From Carcharhinus longimanus (lineage: Eukaryota): 64,000 nucleotides of DNA. Positions 28,920 to 40,849 of this stretch are shown here, one piece after another; the first letter of the stretch is position 1; every line of letters begins with the position of its first letter. Under the pieces are notes generated by a model, which was not told the origin of the DNA, made no database searches, and saw nothing but the letters and a program-made list of their open reading frames with translations. Position numbers and translations under genes: made by a program. The DNA lies in NCBI GenBank assembly GCA_030264375.1, contig JASCQW010000081.1, positions 58,473,392 through 58,537,391 of the forward strand. Reading direction: 5' to 3'.

Positions 28920-31039
28920 GTAGAGGTAGAGCATCTAAGTTTATTTGCACTTGATTAGTCTCTTTAAGGAAAGAGGAGATGGACTTGCTGAATGTTTTAA
29001 AAACTAGAAGGTAGAAAAACAGGCAAATTAAAATGGGACTGACTGAAAAACTAAGCCTGGGCACAAGTTCTGTGGTTCAATGAAAAGTTCAGTTGATTAA
29101 CTCCTGTGTTGTAAATTATTTCAGGCTCTCTTAATTATTGCAGACTGTTTCTAAAACAACTATGAAGCTACCATAGGACCTTCCTAAGGAAAAATAAAAT
29201 AATTTCGGGAGGTGTTTTAGACCAAACGGCCACCTACAATTATTATTGTTCCCAAAACTAAGAGATAGATTCATATGTATGTCAACTCATTCACTCCCCC
29301 CACCACCATCTTAAAATGCACTGTAGGAACTCATCAAGGTTTGACAGTACCTTTCAAACCCACAATCATTACTATCTAGAAGGACAAGAGCAGCAGATAC
29401 ATGGGAACACCACCACCTGGAAGTTCCCCTCCAAGCCATTTACTGACATGGAAATATATCACTAATTATATTTATATATACCAATTTTCAGTCAGTTTCA
29501 AGTATTCAAACAAAAATATAAGAGTCAATCTTTAAATACCATGGTATCTAGCCTTTCTTCCAGTCATTCAATTCCAACTTTTTTCAAGCAGCTCAAGATA
29601 TTTCTTCCATTTTGATTCCAAGGCAGTTCTCATCCTAAGACACTCAGGATAATGAGTAACTGCAAACATTAGCTTCTTCTGACCATTATTTGTGTAGGCT
29701 TCTTCAATACATCTACACTAATAATGACTTGTCCATGGATGTTTTTGTAAACTGAACTTTTTTTTCAGTCAAGTCAGATCATGGCTGTTATATTTTAAGA
29801 CGTCAAAAGTTAGTTTCAAGTACCCGTGGATTTCTGCTATGGTTTTAAAATCTAAGACACCAATATTGCGACATATCAAAAAGGGCTCCTGGAAAATAAT
29901 TCTTCATCTAGTATAAATGGTACACTAGATTAGAACAATCCTCTGTGGTGGTGATCTAACTTAATTGATTGTGATGTAGTAAAATCTGCAACATTCACAC
30001 AATATCTGGTTAATGAGACCTTCAAGAAAAAAGGAATACTGGAGGAGTCTGCAATTAGTTGTAAGTGCAATTTAAAATATCAATACTTTATATGTATATT
30101 TTTATATTGTAAACCAAAAGACTTTCAACTTACGTTGCCTCAGACATTCCAAAATAACTCAGCATGAATTACCTTGAAGTGCTAGTTATGCAGGTAAATA
30201 TGCTCAGACATTCTGCATGCAACACAGAGCACCAGGTCATATAATCAACTAATCTGTTATTGGAAGTATTAGCTAACAAAGAATTCTCAACAGGCCACCT
30301 GCCCATCTTTATAGATGTAAGTTGTAATATTCTTCATAGTGCCTTTAACTCAAAAAGAAGTCTCATGGCATTTGTTTCATTGAGATTTCACAAATATAAC
30401 AGGCATAAGCAGCTGAACAGCTGCTAATATTTGGGAAGGTGGGGGAAGAGCAGAAATGTCTCACAGAAGACTGGTCACAGAATGGGGACACTTAAGGAAG
30501 CAGGGTTGGACAGATGCAGCAAGTTACAGGAAAGGGTATATCAGGTCATGAAATAACTTGCACAAGAGAATGGGAATATAAAGAGAGGCATGAAGGCATT
30601 AGTAACCAATTAGGTTCCCTTCGGATGTTTCATCATGTATCCACCAAAACACATTTACATCTACACATTTCCTTCCTCAGCAAATGGGTCCTAGTTCTGT
30701 CTGCCTTTTTGTAGGAATGTTAAACATTTCTTGTTCCTTTCTTATTCAGGTCTGCTCCCTCAACTGCTTTTACCCTGAATTGGAAACTTTCATCAACTTT
30801 GCTTCCATATCTTAGTTTCAAAATATCCATCTGGTTCCAATTTATTCCATGTGAATTCTGACTGAAATTGCATCCATCATGTTTCTGATCCACCATGATT
30901 ACAAGCATCTCCTAGACATTCAAACACTCAGGCTACTGGTGCTCACCTCAACCCGAGATTCAGAGCTATGCATTACCATGTGTAAATACCAAAGCTGCCC
31001 TGCTCTGCAGTTTCATTTCATCCTTTGACTTCAACAAAA

Positions 31040-31640
31040 CACATTTTCTCTTTCTTTCAGGTGTTACGGATCACAAGTTCCAACAACTCATGAGTACCAA
31101 TGCTCCTCCAGATCTCTATCCTCTTCACTTCCTGCTGATCTCATCTATTCTTCTAATCTTACTATAAATTCATAATACCCCACAACCTCCCCTCTCTGAC
31201 GCTGAAGTGCTTAGCAAAGGACTTCGTAAAAGATCTTTACCTCGCTATGCCTGCATCTTCAATGAATTTCAAGTTCGGTGTAACACTGAGATCTTCTCCC
31301 ATTGCTTGCATACCCACTTCTTTAGCCAGGAATGTTCCCCTGCTTAAAAGACCCTTTCACCCATCTCCAAAATTGTCCTGGACCCCTGCTTCAGGCCTCC
31401 TACCCCGCCTTGATCTTTTCACTGAAAGGTGTCAGCATGACATCAGAGGTCTCAATTTCTTCCATCTCATTCACATCTGAACTTGCTGCACTCTGTTCCC
31501 TCAGATCTAACATTGCTATCAAACCAAACCTACTGATAAAGGGTGTTGCTGTTGTTGCCCTGTAATCCAATGTTGCTGAGTCTGAATGCCAACTCACCGA
31601 TATTTCCCCCCACTTCCCCCGGATCATGATCCACCACCAA
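31040..31640 (+). mobile_element. Penelope-like element, upstream ORF fragment
   Basis: Remnant LRSNIAIKP..(DKG)..VAVV resembles the PLE pre-RT motif IKPADKGGAVV. Confidence 0.7.
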
Positions 31641-31641
31641 A

Positions 31642-31952
31642 CATAGAATCCCTACAGTGAAGCAGGAAGCCATTTAGCCCATTGAGTCTGTACCAACCAC
31701 ACTCCCACCCAGGCCCTATACCTGTAACCCCACATATTTACCCTGCTAATCCCCCTCATGCTAGGGTTAATTTAGCATGGCCATTCAACCTAACCCACAC
31801 ATCAGACTGTGGGAGGAAACTGGAGCACCCAGAGGAAACTCATACAGACACAGGGAGAATGTGCAAACTCCACACAGACAATGACCCAAAGCCGAAATTG
31901 ATCCCTGGCGCTGTGAGGCAGCAGTGCTAACCACTGTGCCATTGTGCCACCC
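31642..31952 (-). mobile_element. HE1-like SINE, full length, tail type A
   Basis: Head gggtggcacaatggcacagtggttagcactgctgcc; tail cactgtagggattctatg. Confidence 0.88.
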
Positions 31953-32018
31953 TTAATATACACACTTAATATACACCCTAATATATGCCCTTAATATACA
32001 TCCTAATATATGCTCTTA
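31953..32018 (+). repeat. Degenerate 12-13-bp tandem repeat (TAATATACACCC-like) x5
   Basis: Seen directly. Confidence 0.8.
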
Positions 32019-32240
32019 AACAAAGGTTGGAGGTGTTGTGGATAGTTTGGAGGGAGACTCTTAGCAGTGTGGAAGATCAGAAGGATCTTGGGGTCTGGGT
32101 TCATAGGACTCTCAAATTGGCTTCGCAGGTAGAGGATGTGNNNNNNNNNNNNNNNNNNNNNNNNNNNNNNNNNNNNNNNNNNNNNNNNNNNNNNNNNNNN
32201 NNNNNNNNNNNNNNNNNNNNNNNNNNNNNNNNNNNNNNNN

Positions 32241-32365
32241 AGGTATGGAGAGGGGAGGGGAGGTATGGAGAGGGCAGGGAGGGGAGGGGAGGGCAAGGGA
32301 AGCATGGATAGGGCAGGGGACGTATGGAGAGGGCAGGGGAGGGGAGGGCAGGGGAGAGCAGGGTC
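32241..32365 (+). repeat. G/A-rich minisatellite (GTATGGAGAGGGCAGGGGAGGGGAGGG-like)
   Basis: Repeated units next to an assembly gap. Confidence 0.8.
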
Positions 32366-32936
32366 AGGTGTCAGAAGCAAGGGTGGCATTTAGCAGTCCT
32401 TCCCTTCTTGATTCCTCAGTGTCTCCCCCTCTCAACCCCGGAAGCTTGTAAGCTAGAATTTTTTTTTGTGTTCCCCCCCACCCCCCGCCACATGGAGAAT
32501 TCCCCACTGACTGCTAGTTGAAGACCAGTGGTGGTGAGATGAGGTTCTTAGTTGAACATTAACTGCCCATTTAAAGGCCTCAATTGGTGACCAGGAAGAG
32601 AGGTCATCCACAAACATCCCCACCCTGGACTGAACCGGGACTGAGGTGTAAAGGTGATGGGGTTTACACCCGCCATCCCTCCTCCCAAATAAAGGACAAT
32701 CTCATCTCCAAACTTGCCTTGGGGAGGGCATTGAATATCAGCCCAAACAAAGTAAGAACTCGAAGATAATTTGACCAAGGACCATGGAGTGCGACCCAGA
32801 CAAAAATGGGAATCTGTTGGGAAAGAAGTGAAAGCTTGGGGCAATGATTCTGAGCGATGGGTCCTAGTTGATGAAAGGTGATTAAGTTTTCTCTGTGAAT
32901 ACACACCTCATCAAGCTGTTTGATATTTTCTCTTCA

Positions 32937-33195
32937 AAGTAGGCTTACATTAACATTGCAATGAAGTTACTGTGAAAATTCCTGGGTCGCCACATCCCAG
33001 TCCTCTTTGGGTACACTGAAGGAGAATTTGGCATGACCAATGCACCCTAACCAGCACGTCTTTCAGACTGTGGAAGGAAACCGGAGCTCCCGAGGAAACC
33101 CACGCAGACACAGGAAGAACATGCACAGACAGTGATTCAAGCCAGGAATTGAACCTGGGTCCCTGTCACTGTGAACAGCAGTGCTAATCATTAAG
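32937..33195 (-). mobile_element. HE1-like SINE, tail type B
   Basis: Shared core and tail. Confidence 0.82.
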
Positions 33196-33439
33196 CCATT
33201 GTGCTTGGTGACTGACTGTTGAAGGAAGCTTTAACATTTTGATAATCTGCCTGGAAAGATGCAAATGGTGTCTGACTGCCGATTGCAGGCTTTTAAATCC
33301 ATTGCGGGAAGTTGTCGAAGGAAGGAATGAGGTTGGAAAATTGGTTGCAGTGTGCACGTGTTCTTGCAAAGTCCAAAGGAAAATGCAGGCAAGTTCAGAG
33401 AAGATTATTACTTATCCGAAGATCTTTTAGCTGGCCTTT

Positions 33440-33790
33440 CCCAATGTAAAATTATGAAGGAAACAGATAAGATAGAAGCAAGGTGACTGTTCTCACTGGC
33501 AACATGAACTAGGGGGCGTAGCCTCAAAATAACGGGGAACAGATTTAGGACTGAGTTGAGGAGGGAACTTCTCCCAAAGGATTGTGAATTGAGGGAATTC
33601 CCTACGCAGTGACGCAGTTGAGGCCAATTCGTTGAATGGTTTTAAGGCAAAGATAGATAGATTTTTGAATAGTAAAGGAAGTAAGGGTTATGGTGAGCAA
33701 GCGGGTAAGCGGAGCTGAGCCTATGAAACGAATGGCCATGACCTTATTGAATGACGGAGCTGGCTCGAGGGGCCAAATAACCTATTCCTT
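33440..33790 (+). mobile_element. CR1-like LINE 3' fragment
   Basis: ggggcgtagcctcaaaat...ggctcgaggggccaaat tail. Confidence 0.8.
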
Positions 33791-34093
33791 AAAGTTTATT
33801 TATTTATTATTGTCACAAGTAGGCTTTCATTAACACTGCAGTGAAGTTATTGTGAAAATCTGCTGGTCGCCACACTTCTGCACCTATTCGGATACACTGA
33901 CGGAGAATTTAGCATGATCCTAACCAGCACATCTTTTGGACTGTGAAGGAAATTGAAGTACCAGGAGGAAACCCAAGCAAGCATGGGGAGAACATGCAGA
34001 CTCCACACAGACAGTGACCTAAGGCCAGAATTGAACCTGGGTCCCTGGTGCTGTGAGGCAGCAGTGCTAACCACTGTGCAACTGTGCCAGCCC
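33790..34093 (-). mobile_element. HE1-like SINE, full length, tail type B
   Basis: A-box gcacagtggttagc, B-box ggttcaattc, shared core and tail. Confidence 0.88.
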
Positions 34094-34094
34094 A

Positions 34095-36300
34095 CATTAT
34101 GCCAGTGCTTTCAGAAGTCACTGACCTCATCTCCTCTGATGATCTTTTCTCCAATGCTTCCCGTCTCATTGCTCCCCAATCCCACATAGGTCATTTCTAA
34201 CTTCTTTCCAAGAACAATAAACAGGGCTGTCCTGAAAGAGCTATCATTTCAGTCTCTTCCTGTCCCACTGAACTGATTTCTTCCTATTTTGACTCTTTTT
34301 CTCTTTACATGTCTCTCTTCCGATGCCCTCCATCACTTTAAAAGTATCCAATTTCTTGGCCCTCACCATCTTGTCTTCACCATGGACACTCAATCATTCT
34401 ACACCTCCATCCCCAAACAGGATAATCTGAAGGCTCTGTATTTCTTTTTCAGTGGTTAGCACTACTGCCTCACAGCACCAGTGACCTGGGTTCAATTCCA
34501 GCCTCAGGTAATTCTGTATGGAGTTTGCACATTATCTCTGTGTCTGAGTGGGTTTCTTCTGGGTGCTCCAGTTTTCTCCCACAATCCAAAGATGTGCAGG
34601 TTAGGTTGACTGGCTATGCTCAACTGACTGTTAGCGTTAGGGAGATTAGCAGGGTAAGTACATGGCTTATGAGGATAGGGTCTGGGTGGAATTGTTGTCT
34701 GTGTAGGCTCGATGAGCTGAACGGCCACTTTCTGCACTGTAGGGATTTTATGATTCTTTCTTGAACAGAGGCTCAGCCACTTCCTATCAACTACTATCCT
34801 CCTCTACTTGACTGAACTTTTTTTCCCAAAACAACTTCTCCCTACCTCATCTCATTTCCTTCAAATAAAAGGTATTGCTATGAGAATCCATGTGTGTCTT
34901 AGCTGTGTCTGCCTTTTTGTAGAATATGAGCATTTCTTGTTCCTTTCTTATTCAGGGCTGTTCCCTCAACTCTTTTTCCAATACCTTTATGATTATATCA
35001 ATTCTATGTCCTGCTTTCACACTGAATTGGAAACTTTCATCAATCTTGCTTCCAATATCTTAGTTTCAAAATATCCACCTTCGTCTCTTCCTTTCTTTAA
35101 CTTTTCTGTTTCTATTTCTGGCTATAGACTGTCAACTGATATCCACTATAAGCCCACTGACTTCTACCACAACTACACTACACCCTTTAAGGATTTTGTT
35201 CCATCCTCCCAGTTTCTTTGTCATCATCTGTTCTCAAGATGAAATCTTCCACAACAATGCTTCCGAGATGTCTTTTTCTTCTCCCCATCAATCTTTGATC
35301 ATAATTGATCGTTTGACTCTGTCCAGCACATTTCCAGCACTTCCCAGCCATTTCCCTCGCTCCTAGAACCATGATATAGCTCTTCTTGTTCTCACCTTTT
35401 ACCCCACCAACCTCAATGGATTATTTTCCACCACCTGCAGCATGATGCCATCACTAAACACACCTTTCCTTTCCTTCCCCACATTCTGAAGGAACTATTC
35501 TCTCAGTAATATTCTGGTTCACTCCTCAGTCACTGCCAAACCCTGTCTCTTTTCCACAACATTTTTCCATGTAAATGCAGGAGATATGACACCTACTCCT
35601 TTATCCCTTCTCTGCTTACCATCCACAGCCCAAGACATTCCTTCCAGCTGAAGCCGCAACTTGCATATATTTTTTTCAATCTAATCTACTGCATTTGCTG
35701 ATCATAATATGGCCTCTTCTACACTGGGGAGAGTAAACACAGATTGGGTGACTGCTTTGCAAACACTTTCATTCAGTCTGCATGCATGTCCAAGTTTCAA
35801 GTGGCCTGTCACTTTAATTCTTCACCTTGTTCTTACATTGACATTTCCATCCTCCACCTATTGCACTATTTTAGTAAAGCTCAACACAAGCTTGAGGAAC
35901 AGCATCTCATCTTTCATTTAAGCACTTTATAGCTTTCTGAACTCAACATGTGTTCAACAATTTCAGATAATACTCTCGCTTCCCATTTTCTTTCCTTTTC
36001 TTTGCATTTTTCAGTTTTCCTCTTTATTTTTGCTTGTACTCAGCGACACCTTTTGTTTCTTTTCTCGCCCCATCACCAGTCTCTTCAGTCCTGGAAGACT
36101 AACTCTTACAAAATTCAACTTCTTCTGTCTTTCACCCTATACCAGGCTTCCTTGTGTCCGTGCTCAAAAACCCTATTACATTTCTAATCTTTTCCAATCT
36201 GATGAAAGATCCCATGCCTGAAATGTTAACTCTACAGTTAAAATTTTTCTCTCTACAGATGCAGCCATAACTTGACTATTTCCATCATTTTCTATTTTTA
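34095..36300 (+). mobile_element. Penelope-like retroelement (RT, GIY-YIG endonuclease and terminal repeat), decayed
   Basis: SSHFLQIKGIAM...LFFQYLYD (decayed YIDD)...STDIHYKPTD RT motifs; GLFYTGESKHRLGDCFA GIY-YIG remnant near 35711; hammerhead-like core at about 36199-36230. Confidence 0.85.
34450..34757 (+). mobile_element. HE1-like SINE, tail type A, inserted in the Penelope-like element
   Basis: A and B boxes, core and tail; TTTCTT on both flanks. Confidence 0.85.
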
Positions 36301-37264
36301 TAACTTGTGCTAGGGTATGGGCATCAGAAATTTGTATGTGGCGAAGTTTATTAGTGATGGAATTCTGGCCAGAACAACAATGAAATAGTCAAGCCTTTAA
36401 GTGTCAAAGGCATGGAATATGGATTTCAGCAACAGATGGGCTAAGGTAGCGGCAAAGGCAGATGATGTTGAGATGGGAGTAGGCAGTCTTGTAATCGAGT
36501 GGACACTAAGTCAGGAATTTAGCTCAGGGTTAACATTAACTCGTTCGACCTGGGACAGCAGCTCAGTTTCTTGCGCTCTTGGAAGCAGGATTGAATTGGC
36601 AAAAGATACAGAGTCACTGTACATGTAGGATCTAACCCTATGCCTGTGCAAGTCAGCAACTAGATGAGAAATAGAAGGCAGCCAAAGATGAATCTCTGTG
36701 GGACTCCACAAGAAAAGATTGGGTCAAGAAGAAATATAATTGCTAGAAATCTATCCACAAATAGGAAAAAGTGAAACCAAAAAAGGGCCATTCCTTCCAA
36801 TAGGCACTGGAGGTAATTCAGTTGGTAGCACTGTCACCTAGCAAGGTCCTATCTGTCCTCTCAGCTGGATGAAAAAGATTCCATGGCATTATCGAAAACA
36901 GCAGAGGCGTTATGTTGGTGTCCTAACCAAAATTTAACCCTCTATCAATATTCAAAAGAAAAACAGATAATCTGATAGTTGCTGCATCGCTGGCAGCATT
37001 TCGTGGTGATGACAGGTACTACATAAATGCAAGTGTGCCCTTCTTTTATCACATTCACAATGACAAAACTTCTGAGGTGCATGCTGATTCACATAACGAC
37101 TGCAAGAGGCATGCATTCCTGCATCCAAAGCACTGCTATGGTTCAATCGACACGCTCTACAAATTCTAGGTACACAAGCGCAGTTAGCAGAATTACCCAA
37201 TCCCTGGAGTCTTGGTTATGACACCGATCAATGTGGACAGTTAACACTTTTTTAATAAGAACAA

Positions 37265-37670
37265 AACTTAAGAACTCTGAGCAGGAGTAGGCAATTCAGC
37301 CTCTGAAGACTGCCCTACCATCCAACATGATCATCTCTCCTCAACTCCTCTTTACTGCTTGTTCTCTATAACCCTTCATTCAACTCATTAATAATCTTTC
37401 TCCTCCTCAAATTTTCTCAATGTCCTGGCAACCACCACACTCCGAGTTAGTGAATTCCAGTTTCACAATCTTTTCAGAGAAGTAATTTTTCCTCTGTTGT
37501 AAACCAGCTACCCCTTATCCTAAACTATGAGCTCTCATTCTAGATTGCCCCATAAGAGGAAACATCCCCTCTACGTTTACCCTTTATCTTATATGGCTCA
37601 ATTAAATCTCCTTTTAAACTCTCGAAAGTATAGACCGAAACCATTCAAACGCTTTTCACAAGACAAACTT
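37265..37670 (-). mobile_element. CR1-like LINE 3' fragment
   Basis: Reverse-complement tail gagcaggagtaggcaattcagcc and RT remnant. Confidence 0.7.
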
Positions 37671-38097
37671 TTAAGCACCAATATTTCTTATGATTTTATC
37701 ATTTGATGTTGATGACAGTTATATTAATATATGATTAAGCATTTTGTATAACTTGTGGTATACTGGGCATTTATTAAATTTAGTGAATCTTATTCATGGA
37801 TGAGAGTTAGTGCACATGCCCGATTTCTACCTTACAGCCACTGAGATGAAGCAGGCCACTCATTTAGCCCACTTACTAGCTCATCACTGATCTGGGATCT
37901 CCAGAGGGCATTACAGGAACTCAGAACAGCAAGTCTTTATTTTTAAGGCTAATATCCTTTCAGGTATGATACCAAAAACAAAAAAGAATACTTTAGATGC
38001 GATCTGTCCACTGTTCTATACAACTGAAGCGTCAATTTCACCTCTTCGTATTCCATTCCCTTGGAGATAAAAGATCAATATCTCATTCACATTTATG

Positions 38098-38387
38098 ATT
38101 AGCACTGCTGCCTCAGCATTAGGGACCCATGTTCAATTCCTGGCTTGAGTCACTGTTTGTGTGGCTCTGCATGTTCTCCCTGTGTCTGCGTGGGTTTCCT
38201 CTGGGTGCTCCGGTTTCCTATCACAATCCAAAGGATGTGCTGTGTAGGTGCATTGGCTAAGTTAAAAAATTCTCCCTTAATGTACCCGAACAGGTGCCAG
38301 AGTGTGGCCACTGAGGGATTTTCACAGTATCTTCATTGCAGTGCCAATGTAAGCCTACCTGTGACGCTAATAAACAAACTAACTTTA
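38098..38387 (+). mobile_element. HE1-like SINE, tail type B
   Basis: Shared core and tail. Confidence 0.85.
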
Positions 38388-38635
38388 CTTGTACTTGTGC
38401 ACTAACTTTTAATGATTTGTGTACACAGGCATGGAATTCCTCACCATTAAGAAAATATTTCATTTGTCTTTCTTGGAACCAAAATGGATGATCACTGTTA
38501 CCCCTCACTGCACTCCTGCTGCACAGTTCTGCCCACTCACAATCTGTCTTTGTCGCTGTGATTTCTTGTTCTCATCAGCACAACTCACTTACTAACAGTG
38601 TCACCTGCAAATCTGAATACACAACTACCTATGCA

Positions 38636-38985
38636 GAGAACAGTGGCATATTGGTATTGTCACTGGACTGGTAATTCAGAGACCCAATTGTAATAATGAT
38701 CTGAGGACTTAGGTTCAAATTTCACTATGACAGATGGTGAAATTTTAATTCAATAAAAATCTGGGATTAAAAGTCCAATGATAGCCCTGAAATCATCATC
38801 AACTGTTATAAAAATCCATCTGGTTCACTAATTTCCTTTAGGGAAGGAAATCTGCTGTCCTTACCAGTCTGGTCTACATATGACTCCAGAGCCACAGTAA
38901 GGTGATTGACTCTTAAATGCCCTGAGGGACAGTCAATAGATGTTGGCCTGCCAACGATGCCCACACCTCAAGGAATAAAATAAAA
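38636..38985 (+). mobile_element. tRNA-headed SINE of another family (SacSINE/DeuSINE-like from memory)
   Basis: B-box ggttcaaat; central ggttcactaatttcctttagggaaggaaatctgc; 3' tail similar to the LINE end at 46700-46773. Confidence 0.6.
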
Positions 38986-39082
38986 CTTCCTTCAAGTCAT
39001 TACTTTGCAAAGCTGAGGTTTAGTTCAGATCCTTGAGGATCGTTACTTTTCATATTCTGGCAGAATGTAACCCCTTTTGTAA

Positions 39083-39382
39083 AATAGAATAGAATCACTA
39101 CAGTAGAGGAGGCCATTTGGCTCATCAACTCTCTTACCCAGGCCCTATCCCTGTTACCCACATATTTACTCCGCTAATTCCTCTTATCTACACATCATGA
39201 CGTGAAGGGACAACTTAGCATGGCCAATCTACCTAACCTGCATATCTTTGGACTCTGGGAGGAAACCAGAGCACCCGGAGGAAACTCACACAGACAAGCT
39301 CCACACAGTCACCCAAGGCCAGAGTTGAACTGGGTCCCTGGCACTGTGAGACAGCAGACTTAACCACTGTGCCACCATGTCA
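39083..39382 (-). mobile_element. HE1-like SINE, tail type A
   Basis: Shared core; (AATAG)n tail. Confidence 0.83.
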
Positions 39383-40164
39383 CAATGCAAAATTTTCCCC
39401 CTGCTTTGTCTTCCAACTCTTAATCTATTACCAATCCATGTCACAAATCCACACACTCATGTTTGCTAATCTGTTTTGTGGAACTTTTTCTTTCCCAAAT
39501 TCATTCTCTTGAAGAAACAGAAAAAGTAGGCCATATTGCTCCTCAATAAGATCATGGTTGATCTTCAACCTAACACCACTTTCTGGCCCTGTCACCCAAT
39601 TCCATTTGAATCCAAAAATCTTTCAGTCTCAGGTCTTAAATATTCACATTGACTGCACATCCACAGCCTCCTCTGGTGCAGAATTCCAAAGTTTCACAAC
39701 CCTCCTGGGTTACAAAAGTTGTCGGTATCACAGGAATGACTCCTTATTTTAGACTCCCCAGCCAGGGGAAACAGCCTTTCATCATCTGCCCTGTTAAAAC
39801 TTAATAACTTCAAATGTTTTCACTCAAACTATTCTCAAAGCAACTGTCTAGTGAACATTTGTTGTGTTCCTCCCACCAATCTGAGCAAGCATATCCTTCC
39901 TTGGGTAAGGAGGCCAAAGTTGCACACATTACTCAGACTTGCTCTCATCAAAGTCCAATGTAACTGTATAAATATAGGTATAGGTATGATGAGCTGGACC
40001 AGCATTTATTGCCCATCCATAGTTACCAATCAGAAAGCGGTGCTGTTTCCTTCTTGAACAATTAAAGATAAAATACTCTCATAGTATTGTTAGGTAGAGA
40101 ATTTCAGCAACAATTATCAAACGCCTTCTGGATCTCCATATATATCTCCATCATCCACAGACTC

Positions 40165-40295
40165 TCTGGTGAAAGGACATTGACCTGAAATATTAACTCA
40201 GTTTCTTTCTCCCCAGATGCTGCCAGACTTGTTGAATGTTTTTCAGCATGTTCTGCTTTTTATTTCAGATTTCCAGCATCTACAGTATTCTTTTT
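40165..40295 (+). mobile_element. Penelope-associated terminal repeat
   Basis: ctggtgaaaggacattgacctgaaatattaact plus shared tail. Confidence 0.72.
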
Positions 40296-40638
40296 CACAG
40301 TCTCTCCTATCTGCCATGCCAACATCCTCAAAAAAATTGATCTGATTAGTTAAGTAGGACTTTCACAAATCTGTATTGATTCTCTTTGGTCAGCTCAGGT
40401 TTAAGTGCTTAATGATGTATTCCTCAATATATATTTCTATAACCCCCAAAATTAATGGTTCTTGGTTTCTCTCTCCCTTAAGTAATGGAAATAATGGAGT
40501 AACACGGATTTTGACCTGCTTTGCGTACACCTTCCCTTTACTTTGAAACAACCTCAAACTGTTTTCCCCTCTCCCCATCTTCAAAAGTCTCGTCAAAGCC
40601 AGTCTTTCTTTGGTAACCTCCCTAATTTTTCTTCCAAT

Positions 40639-40664
40639 GTTCTGATGAAATCCGAAACGTCAGC
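40639..40664 (+). ncRNA. Minimal hammerhead-like motif heading a short Penelope-type repeat
   Basis: GTT-CTGATGA-AATCC-GAAA-CGTC-AGC; conserved boxes and GUC triplet intact, stem II lost. Confidence 0.45.
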
Positions 40665-40849
40665 TAGTCGCCTCCTTTCACTCTCATGGCCTGCTGTTCG
40701 TTTCCAGCATTGCCTGCTCTTTCACATCTGTAGTTGGATCAGAGACCCAGCCTGTTCTTCGTCTTGATGGAATAGGGACAAAGACCTGTAATCACTTGAG
40801 TCACCATCTAAAAGCTTCATGGAACCCTTTCGCCTCATTTTCGCCTCTG

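Noticed and set aside
34808-35242. 144-aa ORF as a host gene
   Set aside because: Decayed Penelope RT with the catalytic YIDD motif lost
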